From contig JACKGC010000001.1 in assembly GCA_020632135.1 (NCBI GenBank), positions 581,124 through 645,123 of the forward strand: a stretch of DNA of 64,000 nt, read 5' to 3'. Below, piece after piece: positions 25,445-34,035 of this stretch. This DNA comes from Candidatus Nomurabacteria bacterium. Lineage in GTDB: Bacteria > Patescibacteriota > Minisyncoccia > Phycocordibacterales > UBA918. Numbering within the stretch: the stretch's first letter is position 1; every line of letters begins with the position of its first letter. Below the pieces are notes generated by a model, which was given only the letters and a program-made list of their open reading frames with translations, was not told the origin of the DNA and made no database searches. The position numbers and the translations under genes are program-made.

Positions 25445-27544
25445 ATGCCAGCTAAGAAACCAGCCAAGAAGAACGGGTCCGGACATCACTATGACGCATC
25501 ATCGATCGCGGTTCTCGAAGGACTCGATCCGGTGCGTAAGCGCCCGGGTATGTACATCGGTACGACCGGTTTGGAGGGGCTCCACCACATGATCTGGGAG
25601 ATCTTCGACAACGCGCGTGATGAGGCGATGGGTAGCTTTGCCGACCGGGTGGAGGTAGCGCTTTTACCTGACAACTACATTCGTGTAGTCGACAACGGTC
25701 GCGGTATTCCGGTCGACATCCACAAGCAAACCAAAGTGTCAGCGCTTGAGACCATCATGACCACGCTCCATGCCGGCGGTAAGTTTGGTGGTGAAGGCTC
25801 TGGCTACAAAGTGTCTGGTGGCCTTCATGGTGTGGGGTCTTCAGTGGTAAACGCACTGTCTACCCACATGCGGGTTGATGTCCATAAAGACGGCTTTCAG
25901 TACATGCAGGAGTACAACATCGGCAAGGCTAAGGCGAAGGTAAAGAAGCTTGGTGCAACTAAGCACAACGGCACGATCGTCGTCTTCCAGGCTGACCCGA
26001 CCATTTTTCCGGAGATCAAGTTTGAGTGGAAAAAAGTAGTCTCACATTTACGCCAGCAGGCATACTTGGTGAAAGGGATGAAACTCTCGGTGATCGATGC
26101 GCGCGAAAGTACGGCTAAGCTGGATCCGAAGTCGCTCGAGTCGAGTGTGTATCTGGCCGATGAACACCTGCCAGTACTCCATGAACATTTCTACTTCGAA
26201 GGCGGTTTGCGTTCGCTGGTGGCCTTTAACAACCACTACCAGAAGCCGATCAACAAGAACATCTTCTACGTCGAACGCGGTTCGGTTGATGAGGCAATTG
26301 ATGAAAAGGTGCAGTCAGTTGAGGTGGCGCTCCAGTATGTAGATGACATTTCGCCACGTATCACTGCGTTTGCGAACAACATCTACAACCCGGAACAGGG
26401 TACGCACGTAACTGGTTTCAAAACCGCGCTCACGCGTACGCTCAACAACTACGCCAAGAAAGGGAACTTCTTTTCAGTGAAAGACAAAGAAGCGGGGTTT
26501 ACTGGTGATGATGTGCTTGAAGGTATCACCGCAGTGATCTCGATCAAAATGCCCGACATTCAGTTTGAAGGGCAAACCAAGGCTAAGCTTGGTTCGGTTG
26601 AAGCACAGAGCGCCGTACAGACTGTCTTTGGTGATGCGTTTGCTGCCTACCTAGAAGAAAACCCCGATGATGCCAAGGCGATCATTAATAAAGTTATCTT
26701 GGCAGTGAAAGCGCGGAAGGCTGCGAAAGCTGCTAAGGACAGCGTGCTCCGAAAGGGTGCGCTTGAAGGTATGTCGCTGCCGGGTAAGCTGGCTGACTGC
26801 CAGAGTAAGCGAGCGGAAGATTCCGAGCTCTTTATTGTAGAGGGAGACTCAGCGGGTGGTAGCGCGAAGATGGGTCGCGACCGTAAGACACAGGCGGTGT
26901 TGCCTTTGCGCGGAAAGATCCTCAACGTGGAGCGAGCTCGCATTGACAAGATGCTCGCATCAGAACAGATCAAAAACCTTGTCATTGCACTTGGTACTGC
27001 GATTGGTGATGTGTTTGATGTTAACAGGCTCCGCTACCACAAGATCATCATCGCGACTGATGCTGACGTGGACGGAGCACACATCCGGACGCTCCTGCTA
27101 ACACTTTTCTTCCGGTACTTCCGACCACTGATCGACGACGGTTATATCTATATCGCACAACCGCCACTCTACAAGATCCAAAAAGGGAAAGACGTGCGCT
27201 ATGCGTTTACCGATGAAGAGAAGTTTGAGATCCTCAAAGATATGGGTGAAGAAGTGAATGAGGATGTGCCAGAAACCGATGAGTCTGAAGAGGAGGGTGA
27301 GGGCGAGGTGACAACCAAGAAAGCGAGTAAGGCTCGTATCCAGCGCTACAAAGGCTTGGGTGAGATGAATGCTGAGGAGCTCGCTGAGACCACGATGAAT
27401 ATCGATAACCGTATCCTGAAGCAAGTGGCGGTCGAGGATGCTCAGCACGCTGATAAGATATTCGATATTCTCATGGGTACTGATGTGACTAGCCGCAAGT
27501 CATTCATACAAAGTAACGCTAAAATGGCAAACTTGGATATCTAG
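25445..27544 (+). CDS. gyrB: DNA gyrase subunit B
   Basis: GLEGLHHMIWEIFDNARDE (GHKL ATPase), LHGVGSSVVNALS, Toprim EGDSAGGSAKMGRDR, IIATDADVDGAHI. Confidence 0.95.
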   Translation: MPAKKPAKKNGSGHHYDASSIAVLEGLDPVRKRPGMYIGTTGLEGLHHMIWEIFDNARDEAMGSFADRVEVALLPDNYIRVVDNGRGIPVDIHKQTKVSALETIMTTLHAGGKFGGEGSGYKVSGGLHGVGSSVVNALSTHMRVDVHKDGFQYMQEYNIGKAKAKVKKLGATKHNGTIVVFQADPTIFPEIKFEWKKVVSHLRQQAYLVKGMKLSVIDARESTAKLDPKSLESSVYLADEHLPVLHEHFYFEGGLRSLVAFNNHYQKPINKNIFYVERGSVDEAIDEKVQSVEVALQYVDDISPRITAFANNIYNPEQGTHVTGFKTALTRTLNNYAKKGNFFSVKDKEAGFTGDDVLEGITAVISIKMPDIQFEGQTKAKLGSVEAQSAVQTVFGDAFAAYLEENPDDAKAIINKVILAVKARKAAKAAKDSVLRKGALEGMSLPGKLADCQSKRAEDSELFIVEGDSAGGSAKMGRDRKTQAVLPLRGKILNVERARIDKMLASEQIKNLVIALGTAIGDVFDVNRLRYHKIIIATDADVDGAHIRTLLLTLFFRYFRPLIDDGYIYIAQPPLYKIQKGKDVRYAFTDEEKFEILKDMGEEVNEDVPETDESEEEGEGEVTTKKASKARIQRYKGLGEMNAEELAETTMNIDNRILKQVAVEDAQHADKIFDILMGTDVTSRKSFIQSNAKMANLDI

Positions 27545-27566
27545 AGGTGTAGTGATGGAGGCAAGT

Positions 27567-27603
27567 AAAAACCGGCCGGGCCCTTCGGGGCCCGGCCGGT
27601 TTT
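27567..27603. terminator. Bidirectional terminator
   Basis: AAAAACCGGCCGGGCCC-ttcg-GGGCCCGGCCGGTTTT, between convergent genes. Confidence 0.85.
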
Positions 27604-27616
27604 ACATTACTAGCGT

Positions 27617-28648
27617 TTATCGCACGAAGTTCACATTTTGCATGAAGCTGTCATTGAGTGCATTCCGGTCAGTCGGTTCATCAATATGTACCGTGAAGGT
27701 GTGACCACTGCCTACTGCTTCTGGGAAACCAAGCGTGAGGATCGCACGCTCGTTTGGCTTCAGTGGTTGTTGGTCTGGTGAAGTGTACTCGTTCCCGCCA
27801 GGGAGGGTAATGATGTAGTTCCACTCCTTGGAGGTCTTGGTGCCGTAATTCTTGATCTCAAACTGGATTGCGCCAGCTTCACCAGAGACGATTCCGCCCG
27901 TAAAGAAAGTGTCGTTCACGATCGTGCCGGATGAGAGGTATCGTACACTGAGGTCGGTGCGACCATTTGGGTCTGAGGTCGGAACCGCAAAAGTGAAGGT
28001 TTGCTGATACGTCGTTGCTGGTGTATCTGGGTGTGCTGTGGTCGGGGTGGTTTCAGATGTGGAGTCACTCTCAGCTTCGTCAGTCGTGTCATCAGACTCG
28101 CTGGTTGCCAAGAGGTTTTGTATATCGGTATTGATTATGGTGAGAGAGGCGATACCGCTTGCTCGTGGCTCGGTGTCATTGGTAGCCAAGAAAGAAACGG
28201 TATAGCGAAGATCAGCATAGCGATCCTTTTCGGAATCCACAGTCAGCGTTACAGAGTCCACTCTACCAATGTTGTAGTTGGTCTCACAGGCGATACTCTG
28301 CAGACCGTCGACGTTCACGAGGTCAACGGCAATGCCGTCTGCACACTGGTACGCAAAGGTGTAGCTACCAGCTTTACTGGCCGTGTCCCACATGACCGTG
28401 ACAGTCTCGCCGTTATTGATAAGGGTTCGGTCACTCGAAACATTAAGTGTAGCGACCTTAGTCCCAGTTTGCTCCACCCGGTCTTGGTTGATGCTTTGCG
28501 CAAGCGACGCAAGGGAAGAAAATGCGCTTGGAACGATATGTACCAACTGCACTGACAGCCACGCGATGATGATAATGATACCAATAAAACCTGCCACCGC
28601 GAGTGTCTTAAGGACTGAGTCCTTCTTCTTTTCTGACACGTTATTCAT
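27617..28648 (-). CDS. Hypothetical N-terminally anchored extracellular protein
   Basis: Start at ATG 28648 (MNNVSEKKK). TM LAVAGFIGIIIIIAWLSV. Two beta-rich modules separated by an acidic Thr/Ser/Asp linker. Confidence 0.55.
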   Translation of the reverse strand: MNNVSEKKKDSVLKTLAVAGFIGIIIIIAWLSVQLVHIVPSAFSSLASLAQSINQDRVEQTGTKVATLNVSSDRTLINNGETVTVMWDTASKAGSYTFAYQCADGIAVDLVNVDGLQSIACETNYNIGRVDSVTLTVDSEKDRYADLRYTVSFLATNDTEPRASGIASLTIINTDIQNLLATSESDDTTDEAESDSTSETTPTTAHPDTPATTYQQTFTFAVPTSDPNGRTDLSVRYLSSGTIVNDTFFTGGIVSGEAGAIQFEIKNYGTKTSKEWNYIITLPGGNEYTSPDQQPLKPNERAILTLGFPEAVGSGHTFTVHIDEPTDRNALNDSFMQNVNFVR

Positions 28649-28807
28649 AGTGAGCGACAAACTACCACGATCATTACAAATTGTCAATGTACAAGGGGCG
28701 ACAATTTTCGTAGTCTGCAACAGGATAGGGTACAGAAAAGGGAAATGTTGACTTTAAATAATAAAAGTGTTATAATTTAAAAACTAGCAAAAGTCGCTAC
28801 TATTTTT

Positions 28808-29527
28808 ATGGAGGAGATCATGAATCGCATTTGGCAGCAGAAAGGTGTATTTTTGGGCACGTTCTTTGTTGTATTCACATTATCGTATATTGTCTTGCTG
28901 GCACTAGATTTCTTGCCTGAACCACCAAACGAGACTCCGATGGCGGTACAGGAGACGGTTGATACGCCGGTGGTAATTGATGATCTTGAAGAGGATGTCG
29001 CGGTGATTGCGGCAGATACAGCGGATGTGCCGGTATTAGTGGCACACACTGAGGCTGAGGTGTCTGACGCATCGATTCCAGCCGTCGGCGAGCTGCCGGT
29101 TCAATTATCGATCCCAAAACTCAATAAAACTGTAGCGGTACTCAATCCTGCCTCACGAACAATCACTGATCTTGATGCGGCACTGTTGGATGGTGTGGTG
29201 CGTCATCCTGATTCCGCAACATTGTCACAAACAGGTAACGTGTTCATTCTGGGCCACTCCAGTTATTTGCCGACCGTGTTCAACCGCAATTTCCAAGCGT
29301 TCAACGGCATCCAGAATCTGGCTTGGGGCGACACTATCGAGGTCACTTCAGACACAGCGGTCTACGTATACCGTGTTGAGAAGGTATACCGCGCTCGTGC
29401 GCAAGATGTGACTGTGCCGATTGCGAACACTGGCAAAATGCTGACCTTGGCTACTTGCAATAGTTTTGGCAGTGTTGATGACCGTTACATCGTTGAGGCC
29501 AAACAGATTGCCGTCAAAAGGCAATAG
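28808..29527 (+). CDS. Sortase-family transpeptidase
   Basis: N-terminal TM, catalytic His context FILGHSSY, TLATCNS (TLxTC) Cys motif, and a downstream Arg (DDRYIVEA). Confidence 0.8.
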   Translation: MEEIMNRIWQQKGVFLGTFFVVFTLSYIVLLALDFLPEPPNETPMAVQETVDTPVVIDDLEEDVAVIAADTADVPVLVAHTEAEVSDASIPAVGELPVQLSIPKLNKTVAVLNPASRTITDLDAALLDGVVRHPDSATLSQTGNVFILGHSSYLPTVFNRNFQAFNGIQNLAWGDTIEVTSDTAVYVYRVEKVYRARAQDVTVPIANTGKMLTLATCNSFGSVDDRYIVEAKQIAVKRQ

Positions 29528-29530
29528 GAC

Positions 29531-29559
29531 TTGACATTATAAATTTTGTGGCATAATAT
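29531..29559 (+). promoter_or_regulatory. Sigma70-like promoter for the giant adhesin gene
   Basis: TTGACA, 17-nt spacer, TAATAT, 112 nt upstream of the ATG at 29672. Confidence 0.5.
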
Positions 29560-29671
29560 TCTGCCATCATTGTTCTCCACGTGGCATCGTGTCACATCGT
29601 TCTCAAATCGCTTACAGCGTGTATTCGTTAGCTCCGCTACTCTTGCGTAACAAATTGGTGTAGGTAAGAGT

Positions 29672-32600
29672 ATGGATTTTATGAATAACAAATTTACTAT
29701 GAACAAGAAATTCAAAGCTATTGCTGGAGCAGTGGTACTTTTTGCGATGGTAATCTCTACCGTTGTACCACCCGTAACCACAGTTGTTGCCTTCACACAG
29801 CTTAACTCTGATCTGGGTTCGGGCTTTGGGCTTGATACCAATTTTGGGCTGAACCCATCATTTGACCTCAATACTGATACTGATCTTGATCTTGATCTTG
29901 ACCTCGATACCGACCTTGGTCTTGATACCGATCTCGAATTGGATACCGATCTTGGTCTGGATGATGATTTTGGTCTTGATACTAACTTCTCATCAGATAA
30001 CTCTGCCAGCGGCAGTAGCAATGAGCCGAACACGGTTGTGTCTACAGGCAATCATGATTTTATTGAATGTGCGCTTGGTGCCAGCAAGGAGTTGGTGCGA
30101 GTCGGTGACAATGTCAAGCTCGACTGGAGCGCGAAGGGATTTGATAACATCAAGATCAACGGACATCAACACTCTGGAGAAGCTGGTTCTATGACCGTAA
30201 AGGATCTGCGTGAGAGCACACTCTTTACCCTCGAGGCAGTGAGTGACAGTGGTTCTACGTGTACCCAGAAGGTGTTTGTGACCTGTCTGCCTCCTGAAGA
30301 ACCTCCCAAGGAAGAAGAGCCAAAGGAATGTGAGCTTGACCTGACCAAATCGGTCAATAAGACTTCAGCTATCCCTGGCGACGTGCTTACCTACACCATC
30401 ACTATTAAGAACACGGGAGACGCTGATTGTACCGGCGGCGGGGTTCGCATTAAGGATGTTGTCGATAGCAACATCACCTATAAGAGCCATCAGATCTCGA
30501 GTAATCTCACAGCGGGTTACGGCAGTCTGCCAGTGTATACTAGTGCCGACCGCACGCTCCATTTCAATGGAAATACCTTGAATCCCGGTGAGTCTGGCAC
30601 TATTACCTGGAAGGGTGAAGTGACTGCGCCAACCCAGTGCGGCGATTTTGAGGTTCGTAATCAAGCAAAGGCAACCGCCAAAGAGCTCAATAATTTCCAG
30701 ACGTGGGTTTACAGCGAGACAGTAAAAACTCAAGTTGACAATGATTGTCCACCAACCGGCTCATGTGAACTTAAGGTTGAAAAGTCAGTTGATAAGGCAG
30801 TCGCAACGCCAGGTGATGAGCTCGCCTACACCATTAAGGTGACCAACGTTGGTGATGAAGATTGTACCGGTAGTGGTGTGCTGATCGAGGATGTGGTTGA
30901 TGATAAGTTGACCTATCTCCGACACACGGTAACTAGTAACTTTGGTGCAGGATATCCAGGAAAAGCAGTATATACTTCTGCAAATCGCACTCTGCATTTC
31001 AACGGTAATGAACTTACCCCGGGTGAGTCTGGCACGATCGTGTGGTGGGGCAAAGTTGCTAATCCAACTCAGTGCGGCGACTTTGAAGTGACCAACCAGG
31101 CCAAGGCTACTGCGCTTGAGCTCGATAACTTTATGAGCTGGGCATACAGTCCAGTGGTGCGTACCACTATTGATAATGACTGTGCGCTTGCGCCAGTGTG
31201 TACACTGACCCCAAGTCACCAGGTGGTAGAGTATGGTGGTATTGCCAGTCTTAACTGGACCACGGAGAATGTCACTGACGTGACCTTGAGTTACTTCGGT
31301 ACCGTTGGTCAAAACGGTGCGGTCAATCATGGCCCGCTCTATACCAACACTTCATATGTACTGACCGCGATCGGTGCGGGTGGTCAGGTGACCTGTACTG
31401 CCGACGTAGAAGTAGGTGAGCCAGCAGATGAATACGCAACGGTAGTGGCGCACAAGATCGTGTGTACTGATGAAGCTGAGTTGCCAAACTATGGTACCGG
31501 CGGACCAAACATCACTGTCAACACGGCAACGGACTGGGTGGCTGCTCACGCCAGCTGTAGCTTCGCGTCTGGTTGGGAATTCGAATGGACTGATAATCAG
31601 TCGAATGATCCGGGTGACACCTTGACCGGCAAGGCGGGTGCTCCTTGGAACGCCTTTGGGCCAACTGGTGCGAATGGTAAGACAGAGACCAGTATAAATT
31701 TGACCGATCTTGCTAATGACAAAGTGTGGTTCCGTGAAGTATTGCAACCAGATTACATTCCATTTACCCATGGCCTCAACGGCGGCACGAACGTTGATGC
31801 GGTGTCAGCAGAATTCTACTGTGATACAGATGTGATCAACTACGATAACCGCGATTATATCGACGGTATGGTAGCTGACCAGACCTACTATTGTGTGGCG
31901 TGGAATGCACACACACCAGAAACGCCTGCGCCAAGTTGTGATGCATTCACTGCGTCACCGAATGCGGTGATGAGTGGCAATAGCGTCACGCTAACCTGGG
32001 AGACCACAAATGCGGTACAAGTATTTTTGAACAATGGCATTGGTGCGGTCGCGGCTGATGGTTCACTCTCAGTGACACCACTAGCAGATGTAACCTACCA
32101 ACTGACCGTGATCGGCGCAGAAGATCAGACCGATACCTGTAGTGTGCCGGTAACAGTCTCAGAAGATCCGGTGCCAGTATGTGTCGACTTTAGCGCCACT
32201 CCAAGCACGCTTGCAGTTGGTGGTGGTAGTGTCGTGCTTGATTGGGAAGTGACTGACGCGACCGATGTGACCATTGCGCCGACCGTGGGTACGGTTGGAC
32301 TCGTGGGCTCGCGTTCAGTTTCAGTGACTGAATCAACGACCTTTACACTTACGGCAGTTGATGCAACAGGCGATGAAGTGAGCTGTGTGGCACCAGTGAC
32401 CGTGCCTGACCCAGAAGCGCCACTGACCTGTGCTGATAATGTTGCTTTCACTGCGACCGATTACTCAATTTCACGAGGTGATGATAGTACGCTCAACTGG
32501 AGCACGACTGATGTGGATTCAGTTTCTATTAGTGTGATCGATGCGACCTCGCTTAATGGCAGTCGCTCAGTGTCTCCATCTAGTGATACAACCTATGTAC

Positions 32601-33922
32601 TGACTGCAACACGTGGCGATGAGTCAGTAGAGTGTCCGATCTCGATCGATGTTTCTTCTGGTGGCGGTGGCGGCGGAAGCGTATCGCCACGTTGTGAGCT
32701 TGATATATCAGACACCCGTATTTCACGTGGTGATGAGATTACACTTGAGTGGGACACTTCAAACGCAACTGAAGTAACGCTGACTGATGATCGTGGCAAA
32801 ATCATCTTCACCACTGATGATTACCTATCGTCTGATAAGAAGCGGTACTACGATGGCGAAATCACTCTAAAACCAACTCGTGATACTGAGTACACCTTGC
32901 TCGCTGAGCGTGGTACGCGTGACCGTGAGTGTACCGTGAAGGTGCGGGTAGAGGATGATGTGGTGGTAATTCAGACGCGTGACCAACAGCCACTGGTGGC
33001 CGGTATCTCACTGAGTCAGGTGCCATACACTGGCTTTGAGGCAGGACCGATCTTGACCACGCTATTCTACATGCTGCTTATTGGCTGGTCGATGTACATC
33101 ACCTACTTGCTCGTGATCCGTAACCGTTCTGGTGTGTCAGGTAATGGTGCACTTACTCTCTTTACACCAAGTGAAACGACTCCGGCTCCAGAGCCAAAGA
33201 TCATTGATGAGAAAGTATCTATGGCTGCAACTACTCCAGTGGTGTCTGCGGTACAGACTGAGGCTGCACCGATGAATCTTCCAACGGGCGCACCGGTGAT
33301 CGGTTACGCGAGCCTTGATACTGAAGTGGAAGACGTTGTAGAGGTCAGCGACCAGGAGGTGACCGATCTTGAGAATCGTGCACATGCACAAAAAGCGCTC
33401 CTTTCAAGCGATGCGATCCGTTACTTTATGAGTAGTACCGAAGCAGCAGCGCGTACTGCAGAACTCGACACATTGATCGCTGAAGCAAAGAAGCACTATC
33501 CACTTGAAGACGGCTGGATCGTGATCAATGAGGCGCGTATGAAGAACCTGTGTGATGCCTGTGATATTACTTCGGTAGCATCCATGACTGAACCGTATAT
33601 TCCGACAGTGGTCCCGGATGGTACTGGCTCACTTGCTGAAGCGATTGTGACCGGGAACGTGGTAGCGGCCTACGAGATGATCGGAAATCGTCCGATGTTT
33701 GCTCTCGCAGACGCTGCGGCTGACCTCGATGCGGTATATCGTAATCGACGTGGCGGTAGCGCGACCGTGTCAGACATGTTGACTGCCGAGACCGCAAAAT
33801 TCTCTGATGAGCAGATCAAGAATATGATCACTGCACTCACTGGTGCACTTGACGGTACGTATACCGACGAAGCGTCAGCAGTGAAAATGGCGATCATGAA
33901 GGCGGTGAAGGAGGTGGCGTAA
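29672..33922 (+). CDS. Giant modular surface protein (1416 aa)
   Basis: Signal peptide; acidic D/L repeat; two 140-aa DUF11-like repeats (LTKSVNKTSAIPGD..YTITIKNTGDADCTG); six Cys-bracketed Ig-like modules of about 75 aa. VPYTG plus TM plus RNR at aa 1117-1155, then a tail of about 260 aa. Confidence 0.85.
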   Translation: MDFMNNKFTMNKKFKAIAGAVVLFAMVISTVVPPVTTVVAFTQLNSDLGSGFGLDTNFGLNPSFDLNTDTDLDLDLDLDTDLGLDTDLELDTDLGLDDDFGLDTNFSSDNSASGSSNEPNTVVSTGNHDFIECALGASKELVRVGDNVKLDWSAKGFDNIKINGHQHSGEAGSMTVKDLRESTLFTLEAVSDSGSTCTQKVFVTCLPPEEPPKEEEPKECELDLTKSVNKTSAIPGDVLTYTITIKNTGDADCTGGGVRIKDVVDSNITYKSHQISSNLTAGYGSLPVYTSADRTLHFNGNTLNPGESGTITWKGEVTAPTQCGDFEVRNQAKATAKELNNFQTWVYSETVKTQVDNDCPPTGSCELKVEKSVDKAVATPGDELAYTIKVTNVGDEDCTGSGVLIEDVVDDKLTYLRHTVTSNFGAGYPGKAVYTSANRTLHFNGNELTPGESGTIVWWGKVANPTQCGDFEVTNQAKATALELDNFMSWAYSPVVRTTIDNDCALAPVCTLTPSHQVVEYGGIASLNWTTENVTDVTLSYFGTVGQNGAVNHGPLYTNTSYVLTAIGAGGQVTCTADVEVGEPADEYATVVAHKIVCTDEAELPNYGTGGPNITVNTATDWVAAHASCSFASGWEFEWTDNQSNDPGDTLTGKAGAPWNAFGPTGANGKTETSINLTDLANDKVWFREVLQPDYIPFTHGLNGGTNVDAVSAEFYCDTDVINYDNRDYIDGMVADQTYYCVAWNAHTPETPAPSCDAFTASPNAVMSGNSVTLTWETTNAVQVFLNNGIGAVAADGSLSVTPLADVTYQLTVIGAEDQTDTCSVPVTVSEDPVPVCVDFSATPSTLAVGGGSVVLDWEVTDATDVTIAPTVGTVGLVGSRSVSVTESTTFTLTAVDATGDEVSCVAPVTVPDPEAPLTCADNVAFTATDYSISRGDDSTLNWSTTDVDSVSISVIDATSLNGSRSVSPSSDTTYVLTATRGDESVECPISIDVSSGGGGGGSVSPRCELDISDTRISRGDEITLEWDTSNATEVTLTDDRGKIIFTTDDYLSSDKKRYYDGEITLKPTRDTEYTLLAERGTRDRECTVKVRVEDDVVVIQTRDQQPLVAGISLSQVPYTGFEAGPILTTLFYMLLIGWSMYITYLLVIRNRSGVSGNGALTLFTPSETTPAPEPKIIDEKVSMAATTPVVSAVQTEAAPMNLPTGAPVIGYASLDTEVEDVVEVSDQEVTDLENRAHAQKALLSSDAIRYFMSSTEAAARTAELDTLIAEAKKHYPLEDGWIVINEARMKNLCDACDITSVASMTEPYIPTVVPDGTGSLAEAIVTGNVVAAYEMIGNRPMFALADAAADLDAVYRNRRGGSATVSDMLTAETAKFSDEQIKNMITALTGALDGTYTDEASAVKMAIMKAVKEVA
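29831..29989 (+). repeat. Coding low-complexity tandem repeat (Asp-Leu/Thr-Asp)
   Basis: Encodes LDTNFGLNPSFDLNTDTDLDLDLDLDTDLGLDTDLELDTDLGLDDDFGLDTNF. The nucleotide units are GATCTTGAT/GATACCGAT variants. Confidence 0.9.
30329..31183 (+). repeat. Two tandem 420-nt coding repeats (DUF11-like domains)
   Basis: Units 30329..30748 and 30764..31183, each running from a Cys (CELDLTK / CELKVEK) to (V/I)DNDC, colinear throughout (e.g. CGDFEV(R/T)NQAKATA). Confidence 0.85.
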
Positions 33923-33941
33923 GTTCATCTTGCTAACCAAT

Positions 33942-33974
33942 AAAAGCCGCGCCCACGAAGTGGGCGCGGCTTTT
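33942..33974. terminator. Bidirectional terminator
   Basis: AAAAGCCGCGCCCA-cgaag-TGGGCGCGGCTTTT, between the convergent adhesin gene and thrS. Confidence 0.85.
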
Positions 33975-34035
33975 ATTGATTATTAGATAAGCGGCCGGCT
34001 GCAATGGAGCTGGCGGCTTCGTGCTATCTACTTGT

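Noticed and set aside
29831-29989. A periodic short-repeat tract that looks superficially like a repeat array.
   Set aside because: It is in frame within the adhesin gene and encodes a D/L/T peptide repeat. There is no repeat-spacer organisation and there are no cas genes, so it is not a CRISPR array.
30329-31183. Two 420-nt near-repeats considered as a template/variable repeat pair of a diversity-generating retroelement.
   Set aside because: The differences are spread over all four bases and over whole codons rather than being adenine-specific. Both copies are in frame in the same protein, and there is no reverse transcriptase nearby. This is an ordinary tandem domain duplication.
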